64,000 nucleotides of DNA from an uncultured Phycisphaerales bacterium (lineage in GTDB: Bacteria > Planctomycetota > Phycisphaerae > Tepidisphaerales > Tepidisphaeraceae): positions 640,001 through 704,000 of the forward strand of contig CAWJPJ010000008.1 of assembly GCA_963844715.1 (NCBI GenBank). Reading direction: 5' to 3'. A program made the position numbers and the translations under genes. Each line of letters starts with the position of its first letter. Position 1 is the first letter of the stretch. The notes below the pieces were generated by a model. It was not told where the DNA came from, did no database searches, and was given only the letters and a program-made list of their open reading frames with translations. Positions 50,207 through 59,823 of this stretch are shown in pieces.

Positions 50207-51274
50207 CGCGCGCTACTGCTGTTCTTAGCTCCATGCATTCTCCTCCCGCGCACCGCCCTCGCCCAACAATCCCCCCCGCGCGGTCTTGCCGCGACTCCCA
50301 GTCAGGTCAACGGCAACGAAATCACCACCGACCAGCAGCACGCCGTCACTCGCGGCCTCGACTTTCTCGCCTCCCGTCAGGCTCCCGACGGCTCCTACGG
50401 CGGCGGGGGGGGTTACGGCGCAACCGCCGCCATCACTTCCCTCGCCGGGCTTGCCTTCATGGCCGATGGCAATCTCCCCGGTCGCGGCAAATACGGCGAC
50501 ATCGTGCGAAAAGCCGAGGAATTCGTCATCCACAATCAGCAGGAATCCGGTTTGTTTACCGCTAGCGCCACCCAGGGCGAAATGTACTCCCACGGTTTCT
50601 CCACTCTCTTCATCGCCGAAATCTACGGCATGACCGGCGACGACGACGTCAAGGAACATCTCCAAAAAGCCGTCCGACTCATCGAACGCTGCCAAAATTC
50701 TGAAGGCGGCTGGCGCTACCAGCCCGCCCCCGTTGACGCCGATATCTCCGTCACCATCTGCCAGGTCATGGCTCTCCGCGCCGCCCGCGACGCGGGCATC
50801 AAGGTTGACGCCGATGTCGTCCAGAAAGCCATCGGCTACGTCCGCCGCTGCCAGAATTCCGACGGCGGTTTCAGCTACCAGGCCCACGGCGGCGAAAGCG
50901 GCTTCGCTCGCACCGCCGCCGGAACCGCCGCCCTCTATTACGCCGGCGTCTTCCAGGACAACGCCGTCACCCGAGGCCTCGACTATCTCTCAAGATCCAT
51001 CCCCACCCCAGACCAGCCCGGCCCCGAAGACCGCGGCAACTTCTTCTTCTACGGCAACTACTACGCCGTCCAGGCCATGTTCCTCGCGGGCGGAAAATAC
51101 TGGCAGGACTGGTACCCCGGCATCCGCGACGTGCTGATTGCCCGCCAATCCCCCGACTCCGGCTCCTGGGAAGGAGAAGTCGACGCCGACTATTGCACCG
51201 CCATGGCCTTGATTATATTACAAATGCCCAACAGGTATTTGCCCGTCTTCAACGGCAAAGGCCCCGGAAGCTGA
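50033..51274 (+). CDS. Secreted prenyltransferase/squalene-cyclase-repeat (alpha/alpha barrel) protein
   Basis: Repeats LASRQAPDGSY, QNSEGGWRY, QNSDGGFSY, QSPDSGSW; signal h-region RALLLFLAPCILLPRTALA. Start position uncertain. Confidence 0.85.
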   Translation: MTNDESNQNAPMTNDRIATQRFFVIWSFGFVATATRLRRDSSRHGGCWRTFWFRVSGFRALLLFLAPCILLPRTALAQQSPPRGLAATPSQVNGNEITTDQQHAVTRGLDFLASRQAPDGSYGGGGGYGATAAITSLAGLAFMADGNLPGRGKYGDIVRKAEEFVIHNQQESGLFTASATQGEMYSHGFSTLFIAEIYGMTGDDDVKEHLQKAVRLIERCQNSEGGWRYQPAPVDADISVTICQVMALRAARDAGIKVDADVVQKAIGYVRRCQNSDGGFSYQAHGGESGFARTAAGTAALYYAGVFQDNAVTRGLDYLSRSIPTPDQPGPEDRGNFFFYGNYYAVQAMFLAGGKYWQDWYPGIRDVLIARQSPDSGSWEGEVDADYCTAMALIILQMPNRYLPVFNGKGPGS

Positions 51275-51354
51275 CCCCCAATTGCTTCCTCCTGTATATT
51301 TAGCGGCGGTCGCCGCCGCGACCGCATTCGAATAGCGAAACCCCGCGTGTCCCC

Positions 51355-52513
51355 ATGCGAACCACCACAACCCTCTTCCTCCTAACTCTGCTAGTCCTGA
51401 CGGCCCCCTGCTGGGCCCAGCAATCCTGGACCCTAACCAACGCGCACCTGACTCTCTCCCAAATCCAAACCACGCAAATCACCCCCGACACCATCACCAC
51501 CGCGAATTCCCAAATCCCCTGGACCCAAACCCTCGAACTCTCGCGCAACATCGACCCCGCCACCCCCGAACCCTATGAAATTTTCCTCGCCGGCGGCGAC
51601 CACATCTTCGGCACCGCCGCCGGAGTCTTCGGCGAAAAAATCATCTGGAAAAATTCCTTCCTGGGCTCTCTCAATCTCACCCTCGATAACGTCGCGGCAA
51701 TCGTCCGAGGCTCCGCCTCCGCGGGCGACCTTTCCGCGCCGCGCACCGACGACGTCGTCCATCTCTCCAACGGCGACACCGCCCACGGCGTCGTCACCAA
51801 CGTCTGCGCCCCTGGGCGTCACCCTCCAAACCGGCGCCGACGCCACCACCAACACCACCCTCCCCTGGATGACCGTCAATTCCGTCCTCTTCTCCTCCTC
51901 CCCCCAGCCTCCCCCGGCCGCCCGAATGTTCCGCGTCCATCTCTCCGACGGTTCCGCCATTTCCATCCCCGCCGTCAGCGAGAGCGCCGACAAAATCAAC
52001 CTCACGCTCTCGGATCAAACCGTCCGCCCCATCGACCCCGCCGCCGTCGCGACCATCGAGCAAATCAACGGCCCCCTAACCTGGCTAACCGATCTCACCC
52101 CCGCCGAGAACATTTATAAACCCTATTTCAACGAATGGTTCCCCGCCCGCTTCGACGAAACCGTCGCCGACAACAAACCCATCGGCCAAAAATACCCGGG
52201 CTTCCACCACGGGATAGGCTGCCACGCCTACAGCCGAATCTCCTACGCCCTCACCGGCCAATACGCCGCCTTCCGAACCCAATTCGCCGTGGATTCCGAC
52301 TCCTCCCTGGCCGACGTAACGGTCAGAATTCTTCTCGATGGCAAACCCGCGCTGGAAGAGAAGAACATCAAAGCCGGCCAAATCTACCCGGTGGTCACGA
52401 TCCCCCTGGGCACAGCCAAAACCCTCTCGCTGGAAGTAGATTACGGCCAAAACTTCGCCACCCAAGCCCGCTTCGTCTGGCTAGACCCGGCACTCCTCCG
52501 CGCAGCGCAATAA
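51355..52513 (+). CDS. Secreted NPCBM/NEW2-domain protein (frameshift ~51805)
   Basis: Signal peptide; HGIGCHAYSRISY, F.AVD, LSLEVDYG...WLDPAL. Confidence 0.82.
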
Positions 52514-52585
52514 TTTATCCCCTCTCCCCATGTAATCATCCGATCGCCAGACGCGGTTTGCTCTGGAGGCTGTTGGGAACGCTCG

Positions 52586-52886
52586 TGAAATTCCAAGGCC
52601 AATGCAATGCGGGAGGGAAGGGGCGAACCACATCCGGCCCCAAGAGTTTCGCCCCTTCCCTCCCGCACCCACCCATCCCCACTCCTTTTCCCCTCACCGT
52701 CCGGAGGCAAAGAGAAAGCCGGACCCTTGTGAGCTCGACTGCCCCGGCGAGGCACGGCTGCCCTTTTCGCATTTGGGGTCTTGGACGGCTTGAGGGGAAA
52801 AGGAAGGGAGTGGGGTGCGGGGGCGAGGGAAACCTTTTGGGGCCTGATATGGTTTCCCTCGCCCCCGCATTGCATTTTGCATTTCA
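52586..52886. repeat. Family D ~300-bp inverted-repeat element
   Basis: Arms ~52586-52701 and ~52783-52886 are imperfect reverse complements, each with an internal hairpin. A truncated family A half-copy precedes it at 52519-52539. Confidence 0.8.
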
Positions 52887-53014
52887 TCGCGCGCCGATCT
52901 GCGCCGGAAGTTCGGAAGGCCATCGTCCCCAAGGAAGAAACCACGAATCCCGCCCAGCATGCCAGATAAACTGCGGAAATCCTGAAAACCCCCTCGACGA
53001 CCCCACCCACCGGA

Positions 53015-55086
53015 TCAACCCCGCGCGGTCGCCGCGTCGCACCACTCCCCCCACATCATTCGATACGCCCCTTCAACTCCCGCCGCAAATCTCTTCCCAT
53101 CGCACAATGGCGACCCCATCATCCGCCCCCTCAGCGTCCGCCGAAGTTCCCCCAATCGCCCCAAATCGTTCGCCAGTTCAGTGACGATTCGCACATACTC
53201 CTCCTCGGTCCGCGCAATCAATTCCCCCAGTCTCAGATTGCTCAACTGGCTCAACCCCGCGCGCCCGACAACCGTCTTTCCCACCAGCGTCACCACCGGG
53301 ACCCCCATCCACATCGCATCCAGACTCGTGGTATGCCCGTTATAAGGAACCGTCTCCAGACAAACATCGATTCGGTAATAAGTCCGCAGATACCCGTCGC
53401 GCGGCTGAAGCTCCACAAACTCCACGCCGCCCCCCGTCCACCCCCAGCCGCTCAATCACCCGCCTCCGCGGCTCCCCGCGCGGCGCCAGCAAAATCAGCC
53501 GCGACGTCGGCGCCGCTTTCAACACCGCCGCCCAAACCGCCAGGCTCTCATTCGATATCTTGCAAAAGTTGTTCAAGCAACCAAACGTGATAAACCCATT
53601 CCGCGAAGCCGGGGGTGCTCGCGCCCGGATCATCGCTCAAAGCGCCATAACACCAAAACGTCTGAGGCAGTCGCACCGACTTCTCCGCATACCGCCCCTC
53701 ATGCTCCCCCGGCGGATCCAAATAAGGATCCGTCAACCGATAATCCATCGCCCCCATCCCGGTGGTCCCGGGATAAGCCAGCCAGGCCACCTGCACCGGC
53801 GCCGGCTTGCGCAAAAACCAGCGGCCGTCCCCCCGCCATGTGCATCGCCAGGTCCACCAGAATATCGATCCCATCCTCCCGAACCCGCGCATCCACTTCC
53901 TCATCGGTGAGCCCCACCGTGCTCCGCCAGGCATCGCAAAACGTGCGAATCCGCCCGGTCACTTCATCCTCTTTCGTCACGCCAGAATAAGCGTAAATCT
54001 CAAATCGCTCGTGATCGTGATGACTCAGCAAAGGAATCGTGAAGAGCGATTGGCAATGTTCTCGAAAATCCCCGGAAACATACCCGATCCTCAGCCGGCG
54101 ATTTGTGTCCCGCTTGTTCGAGTAGGTTCGATCCATTCGCCTCAATGGCGCCGCGCATTGTTCACTCCACTTCCGATGCTCCTCGAATATTTCCTCAGCC
54201 CTAAACCCAGGATGAAATTGCAGCGCAAAGAGAAGATTGCTGTGCGCATCCTGAAAATCAGGATTGATCGCCACGGCTTTCCGAAACGCCTCAATCGCCT
54301 CCCCGACGCGCCCCTCGTCTTTCAGCGCGCTCCCCAGATTGCTATGCGCCCGCGCATAATCCGGCCGCAGCGCAATCGCCTCGCGATACGCGGCCACCGC
54401 CTCCTCCAATCGTCCACCTTCCTTCAATGCCGTGCCCAAATTATTCCGCGCCTCCGGCATCCGGGGCGCCAGTTCAATCGCCCGCGCATACGCTCCCAGC
54501 GCCTCCTCGAGCTCTCCCTTGTCGCGCAAAGCGTTCCCCAGATTGCAATACGCCTCCGCATACTCAGGCGAAATCGCAATCGCCTGCCGAAACGCCCCGG
54601 CAGCCTCCTCAATCCGCCCCCGATCCCGAAGCGCGATTCCCCAGATTATTATGAGCCTCCGCAAACCCCGCCCGCCGCTCAATCGCCCCGCGATACGCGT
54701 TGATCGCCTCGTCCAATTTCCCCCGCTCTCGAAGCGCATTCCCCAGTCCGTTAAAAGCCTCCGGAAAATCGCCCTTCAAACGAATCGCCTCGCGATAAGC
54801 CGCAGCCGCCTCGTCTAGTTTCCCGGCACCCCGCAGCGCGTTCCCTAGATTGCAATGCGCTTCCGCATACTGAGGCTGAAAGCGCAATCGCCTTGGCGAT
54901 CAGTTCAATCGCCACATCGACGTCCCCCCTCTGAAGCGCAATCAACCCCAAATGATGCACCGCCCCCGCATGCGTTGGCTCCTGAGCCAGAATTTCCCGA
55001 TAAATCCCCTCCGCCTCGGCCAATTCCCCGGCCTGGTGATGCCGCACGGCCAATTCAAACGCCCGTTGGATCGAGGAATCAACCAT
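53015..55086 (-). CDS. TPR-repeat O-GlcNAc transferase/SPINDLY-like GT41 protein (multiple frameshifts)
   Basis: TPRs (AHCNLGNAL, ARNNLGTAL); RLRIGYVSGDFREH, IDILVDL, APVQVAWLAYPGTTG, ITFGCLNN, PYNGHTTSLDAMWMGVPVV. Confidence 0.9.
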
Positions 55087-55154
55087 GCAACCTATCGCAA
55101 CTATCCCGCCCATGTCCCGCGACCGCAAGCCAAAATGCTTACCCGTTCCCACAT

Positions 55155-55188
55155 CCCGCGAAGCCGGTAGTGCTCGCACCACCGGACC
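55155..55188. repeat. Family E hairpin repeat (also at 56019, 57549, 57690; similar at 53601)
   Basis: Consensus CCGCGAAGCCGGCGGTGCTCGCACCGCCGGAC. Confidence 0.8.
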
Positions 55189-55209
55189 ATGAAAGGCAAA
55201 GAATATTCA

Positions 55210-55294
55210 GCCACAGATAAAAATCAGATTCACACAGATAAAATTTCCCCATGGCAACTCATTCCATCCGTGATCATCGGTCCCCATCCGTGGC
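55210..55294. repeat. Family C palindrome (CACAGAT decamer arms)
   Basis: GCCACAGATAAAAATCAGATTCACACAGAT...ATCCGTGATCATCGGTCCCCATCCGTGGC. Confidence 0.65.
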
Positions 55295-55336
55295 AAAAAT
55301 CCCGTCCCCTCTTCCCGCGCCTAATATATATTCCAC

Positions 55337-55639
55337 ATGCCCACCCCCCTGAACATCGCCGCCACATGCAACCTCCCGCCGGCGCAGCTTACCTCCCGCC
55401 GCGACGAGCTGATCCCCTTCTTCAAATCCGCGCAGCGAATAGATGACCTCCCCAACGGCCTCCGCTTCCACTTCACCCCGCGCCCCGGCCTCCTCGCCGA
55501 ACTGGCCCGCATCATGGACCAGGAAAAAGACTGCTGCACCTTCCTCCGCATGCAACTAACCTTCGAGCCGAGCCAAGGAACAATCCTCTTCGAACTCACT
55601 GGCCCGCCGGGCGCTGTGGAAACGCCGCGTTTGGAATAG
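55337..55639 (+). CDS. Small hypothetical protein with TCxL and ExxCCxF motifs (possibly metal-binding)
   Basis: ATCNL...GLRFHF...EKDCCTFL...LTGP pattern. Confidence 0.7.
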   Translation: MPTPLNIAATCNLPPAQLTSRRDELIPFFKSAQRIDDLPNGLRFHFTPRPGLLAELARIMDQEKDCCTFLRMQLTFEPSQGTILFELTGPPGAVETPRLE

Positions 55640-55659
55640 AATTTGTCCGTGCAAAGGGT

Positions 55660-55711
55660 CTCCGCAGATTGTCACCCCCGACCTGATGATCGTGGAGAAT
55701 AGTCATGAGTG
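55660..55711 (+). pseudogene. Possible C-terminal remnant of a PIN-domain toxin
   Basis: Reads PQIVTPDLMIVENSHE* and overlaps the start of the next small gene; P-x-I-x-TP is a common PIN C-terminus. Confidence 0.35.
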
Positions 55712-55908
55712 ACTCCTCAAATCAGCCCTCGACTTCCGTAGACGACGTCCGCCGCGTCCGCGAGCGGATCGCCCTCCACCACGGCGGAAATCTTCGCCAA
55801 CACCGCGAGGAGACCAACCGAATTTTCGAGGAACTGCGCCACAAGCTGAATCTAAAGCTCGCCGAACCCCCCGACCCGCCGCCTCACCGCAATACGATCG
55901 CGGGATGA
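55705..55908 (+). CDS. Small helical protein, probable PIN-associated partner/antitoxin
   Basis: GGAG RBS; VDDVRRVRERIALHHGGNL resembles the VEEVRxxR small proteins that follow PIN genes. Confidence 0.55.
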   Translation: MSDSSNQPSTSVDDVRRVRERIALHHGGNLRQHREETNRIFEELRHKLNLKLAEPPDPPPHRNTIAG

Positions 55909-56084
55909 TCAACTCAATTCCCATGCGCCGACCCATAAATGATCGGGACTAAATCCCTCTCGTTTATTTCACGCGCGAGATCCACGCCTTCATGGTGATT
56001 TAACCCCCGCCAATCCTCCCCGCGAAGCCGACGCCCCTCGCACCGCCGGATCCCCACCAGCAACCAGCAGCTAGAAACAAGAAA

Positions 56085-56183
56085 TACGGATTGTGGTTGA
56101 TATCCGCGCACATTTTCCCCTCCCTCGGTACTCCGGGGGAGGGTTAGGGAGGGGGCGGGGGCGCGATTTAAGTACGATCCGTA
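56085..56183. mobile_element. 99-bp family A unit with TACGGAT/ATCCGTA ends, inserted in a heptamer array
   Basis: 7-bp terminal inverted repeat, central BoxC-like hairpin, AAA on both sides; removal restores AAACAAG-AAACTAG-AAACTAG-AAACCAG. Confidence 0.6.
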
Positions 56184-56214
56184 AAACTAGAAACTAGAAA
56201 CCAGCAACTATTCT

Positions 56215-57523
56215 TCAATATTCCCCCACCTCAATCCGATCCACGAACGCCCGCCCAAACGCCAGATTCGCGACCCACCCAATCGCCATCGTCTTCATGA
56301 TCTGGTTCCGCACGAAGAGTCCCGCCGCCGTCTTTGGCGCAAACGCCGGCCCGAACCGCGCCGCCGCCTTCTGCTTCTTGGCCACGAACGGCCCGAAAAT
56401 TTCCTGATACCGCGCAAACGCCCGCGAATAGTCGCCGTTTCCGCGGTCTAACTGCGATTCTCGCTGAATCCCGCCGCACTCGATTTCCCCCTCCTCCGGT
56501 ACCCCCGGGGAGGGTTGGGGAGGGGGCCGGCTCGGGGGCGTGCGCGTCACCCATGCACGGTTGCCGTAATTCCCCGGCCAGAATATACGCTGCGATCATC
56601 GCCAGCGCCGACCCCTGCCCGCCCAGCAGTGAGACGCACGACGCCGCATCCCCGACCAGCGCCACCCGCCCATTCGCCCACGACTCCCCCGGCGGACTCA
56701 TCCGTATCTGACTGACCCGATCAAAATAAAGTTCGTCGCTCGCGTCCAGCGCCTCCAGAATCCGCGGGCACTCCCATCCGCTCTTTCCAAATCGCGAATG
56801 CAAAATCGCCTTCTGCCCGCTGGCGTCCTGTTCCCCAACCCGCTCCATCTCATCGTCGGCGAACACAAACAAAAACATCGTCCGATCATCGCGCAGAGTA
56901 AACCGCCCGACCATCTGTCCCACCTCCGTATAAGTCACATAAACCAGTTCATCCCGCGGCCGGTACCCCGCAACCTCGAACGCCGCGACCTTGTATCCCA
57001 TGTACTTTTCAAACTGCCTTTCCGCCCCAAACACCAATTCCCGCACGCGCGAGTGCAGCCCATCCGCCCCGATGACCAGATCAAATTCGCCGCGTTCCCC
57101 GCGCCTCGAACGTCACCCGCACCCCGTTTTCGTTCTGTTCGATTTGATTGATGCTGCTGCCGAAGATCGTTTCGACCTTCCCGTCGATCGTGCCAAAGAT
57201 CAAAGCCGCCAGGTCCCCGCGCCGATGCTGACGTAACGCCCGCGAATCGCCCGCGTGAAGGCATCCACCGCAAACCCCGAAATCCGCCGCCCCGTCTCGT
57301 CCACCGCCCACAATTCCTTCACGATATAACCGAGCCGAAGAATTTCCGCCCCAAGCCCCATCCGCTGGGCGATATCGAATCCAGCCCCCCAAAAGTCGAT
57401 GACATACCCGCCGGTTCGCAAAGCCGGCGACCGCTCGACAATCGTCGGCTCAAATCCATACCGCAAAAGCCAATAAGCCAGCGTCGGCCCGGCAATCCCC
57501 GCGCCGGAAATTAAGATCTTCAT
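56215..57523 (-). CDS. FAD-dependent monooxygenase (frameshifted, and interrupted by a repeat insertion; possibly a pseudogene)
   Basis: ILISGAGIAGPTLAYWL, GGYVIDF, GADGLHS region, GRVALVGDAA, GQGSALA, AFARYQE. Confidence 0.85.
56449..56569. mobile_element. Family A unit inserted in the monooxygenase CDS between TAA direct repeats
   Basis: TAA at 56449-51 and 56567-69; deleting 118 bp restores AYILAGEL-DRGNGDYSRAFARY. Confidence 0.7.
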
Positions 57524-57762
57524 CGTGATTCAACCCTCTCCCGCGAACCCCGCGAAGACGGCCGTGCTCGCGCCGCCGGACCCTCTGACACTCGATCCAA
57601 CTTATCCGATTGAACCACCTTCTGACATCCAAACAAAAACCGCCCAATCCCCGGGCCGCCACCCCCGCGCCGCGAGCCCTCCCTCCCTCCCCGCGAAGCC
57701 GGCGGTGCTCGCACCGCCGGACCTCTCGAGTTCCACCCTCCACCGCGCCCCGCCTTAGTTAT

Positions 57763-57807
57763 CCCCTCTCCCCATGTACTCATGGGGAGAGGGCGAGGGT
57801 GAGGGGC
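57763..57807. repeat. BoxC-like palindrome (family A)
   Basis: CCCCTCTCCCCATGTACTCATGGGGAGAGGGCGAGGGTGAGGGGC, almost identical to 11744-11786. Confidence 0.9.
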
Positions 57808-57863
57808 GACCAGCCGCGAAATGCCGGATTCGCAAACGCAAGTAACTGGGAACTGGCCCCTCG

Positions 57864-57903
57864 TTGAAACGCAGCAAACCAGTGTTATACTAATTATAGA
57901 ACA
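57864..57903 (+). promoter_or_regulatory. Promoter with overlapping palindromic operator for the GntR gene
   Basis: TTGAAA-N16-TATACT with extended TG; imperfect palindrome TGTTATACTAATTATAGAACA (57883-57903) covers the -10. Confidence 0.6.
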
Positions 57904-57921
57904 GATGATCGGAGGCATTGA

Positions 57922-58316
57922 ATGTTTTTTAGCATCGATGAAAAGGATCCTCGCCCGTTTTATGAGCAGATCGTCTCGCAGGTGAAGGCGGCGGTGGCTG
58001 ATGGCCGACTCCCCGTCGGGGAAATTCTTCCCGGCGTCCGCGACTTGGCCGACGGGCTTGGAGTTAACCTCCATACCGTCCACAAGGCCTATCAACGGTT
58101 GCGCCGACGCCGGAATCATCGATCTGCGCATCGGCAGGAACGCGAGGATCGCTGCCCGTGCGCAGGCCCGCCGGAAAGCGACAGGTGCAGAGGACGATCG
58201 GGCGCAGGGTCGAAGAAATCGCTGCCGAGGCGGCGATGCTCGGCGTCACCCGCCAGGAATTCAGCAGGATCGTTCAGCGAGCGGTCGCCGGGAAATTGAA
58301 GGGGGCCGCCTCTTGA
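57922..58316 (+). CDS. GntR/YtrA-family transcriptional regulator (two frameshifts)
   Basis: PFYEQI...LPGVRDLADGLGVNLHTVHKAY; short C-terminal AAMLGVT helix. Confidence 0.85.
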
Positions 58317-59242
58317 GCCGCCCTCTAAGACATCCTTGGTGGCTGCATCTTCCGACTTTGCTCGCGCTCGCTGTTTGCATTGCGGTGCCGCCGCTCACTC
58401 GCCCTTGGCCGCCGCGTCCGAGGGGATATACCTGGGAAGATTGGGCGATGCCGGTGGCGCTTCTCATCGTCCTTCTGGCGTGGGAGGTTGCGGCAAGCGA
58501 ACTCTGGATTCGCGCCGAAAACGGCCGAAAACGGTTCAATCGCTACCTGCTCTGGCCAGCGGGATTGGGCGGCTGGATGGCTGGGATCCAGATCGGCATC
58601 TATTGGGCTCGGCTACAGGGCATTACGCCGCAGTCAACGATTTACGCGGCCGGAGGCGCAGCATTTTGCCTGGCGGGCACCGCAATTTTGGAATGCCTCC
58701 GTCGGCCTTTGCCCCAGGTCCCGGCCGCGCCGGCGCCTGCCGACATCGGCAACGAACTTCGCCAAGGCGATAGGTGGACCTATTTCACAGTTGAGCGATC
58801 CCGATGGATCAGTCGCACCATATTCGTGCTTCTATCGCTCGCTCCCTTGTGCCTTATTTGCACTATGGATGGTCGTTTCCGGCACCTTGAGTGGACTGAC
58901 CTTGTCATCTTTCTGCCGTGGCTTCTGATCCTATTGCTCGATTCGCTGGTGGGTTCGCTGCGAATTCAGGTGAACCCAACACAATTGGTCCTTCGCAGCG
59001 GCCTGGGCTTCCCATTATTAAGAGTCCGGGTCGCGGAAATTTCGAGCATCGGCGTCGAATCGGTGCATCCATTCGCGGATTTTCGAGGCTGGGGAATTCA
59101 GTCGCGACACGGAATGCGCGCCTACCTTTTCGGAGGTAGTCGAGGAGTTCGCATCGAGACGCGCCAGGGAAAGAAATACCTGATCGGCTGCCGAGAGCCA
59201 GAGCACTGGCCAGCGTGCTTCGAGCCGCCGCGCCGGCAATAG
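58313..59242 (+). CDS. Multi-pass membrane protein with C-terminal PH-like domain
   Basis: TTGA overlap with the GntR stop; ~6 TMs; GWGIQ...AYLFGGSRGVRI...KYLIG. Confidence 0.65.
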   Translation: MSRPLRHPWWLHLPTLLALAVCIAVPPLTRPWPPRPRGYTWEDWAMPVALLIVLLAWEVAASELWIRAENGRKRFNRYLLWPAGLGGWMAGIQIGIYWARLQGITPQSTIYAAGGAAFCLAGTAILECLRRPLPQVPAAPAPADIGNELRQGDRWTYFTVERSRWISRTIFVLLSLAPLCLICTMDGRFRHLEWTDLVIFLPWLLILLLDSLVGSLRIQVNPTQLVLRSGLGFPLLRVRVAEISSIGVESVHPFADFRGWGIQSRHGMRAYLFGGSRGVRIETRQGKKYLIGCREPEHWPACFEPPRRQ

Positions 59243-59625
59243 AAAATGCCAACGCGCAATAATTGTCGGGTCCGCGAGGCGACAGGATCGTCGCCCGAAC
59301 GTTCACGTCCAAAGTGTCTTTTCAATATTCAACAAACCCCACCCCCCGTTCTACTTTCCACCCTCCACTTTCTCCCATCTATCGCAACTCCCCCCAACCC
59401 CCATTCGCAGTCAAAGTGTTACCTTTTGCCCAAAACTGTCCGGTACGACCCAATTATTTTGTCGCCAGATTTGCGCAAAAAAAAGAGGCCGGTGCTCGCC
59501 GTTACACCGGCCTCCAAACATAGGCTGCCCGACCATAAGGTCGGAGACCCACAGCCTCAGCGTTGGATATCGACGAATACATTGCCAAAACTTCATAAAT
59601 TCTCGGACCGAGGCAATTCGTCATC

Positions 59626-59823
59626 AACCGCCAAGACGCCAAGAACGCCAAGACCAAAGACAGACAATCACTTACAACTCATCTCCCTGAAACTCACGTC
59701 GTTAACCGCCACGCCGCCGAGAACGCCAAGACCAAAGACAGACAATGACTTAGCACGCGCTCCTTCCAGCCTCTTCCAACTCTCTCTAGCCTCTAGATTG
59801 GCGTCCTCTGCGGCTTGGCGGTT
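59626..59823. repeat. Family C palindrome (CGCCAAGAA units) with duplicated left arm
   Basis: AACCGCCAAGACGCCAAGAACGCCAAGACCAAAGACAGACAAT at ~59626, a variant at ~59705, and right arm TTGGCGTCCTCTGCGGCTTGGCGGTT. Confidence 0.75.

Noticed and set aside
59487..59553. Small hairpins (GGCCGGTG...CACCGGCC; CCGACCATAAGGTCGG) as another REP family
   Set aside because: Single occurrences in the window, so I cannot support a family.
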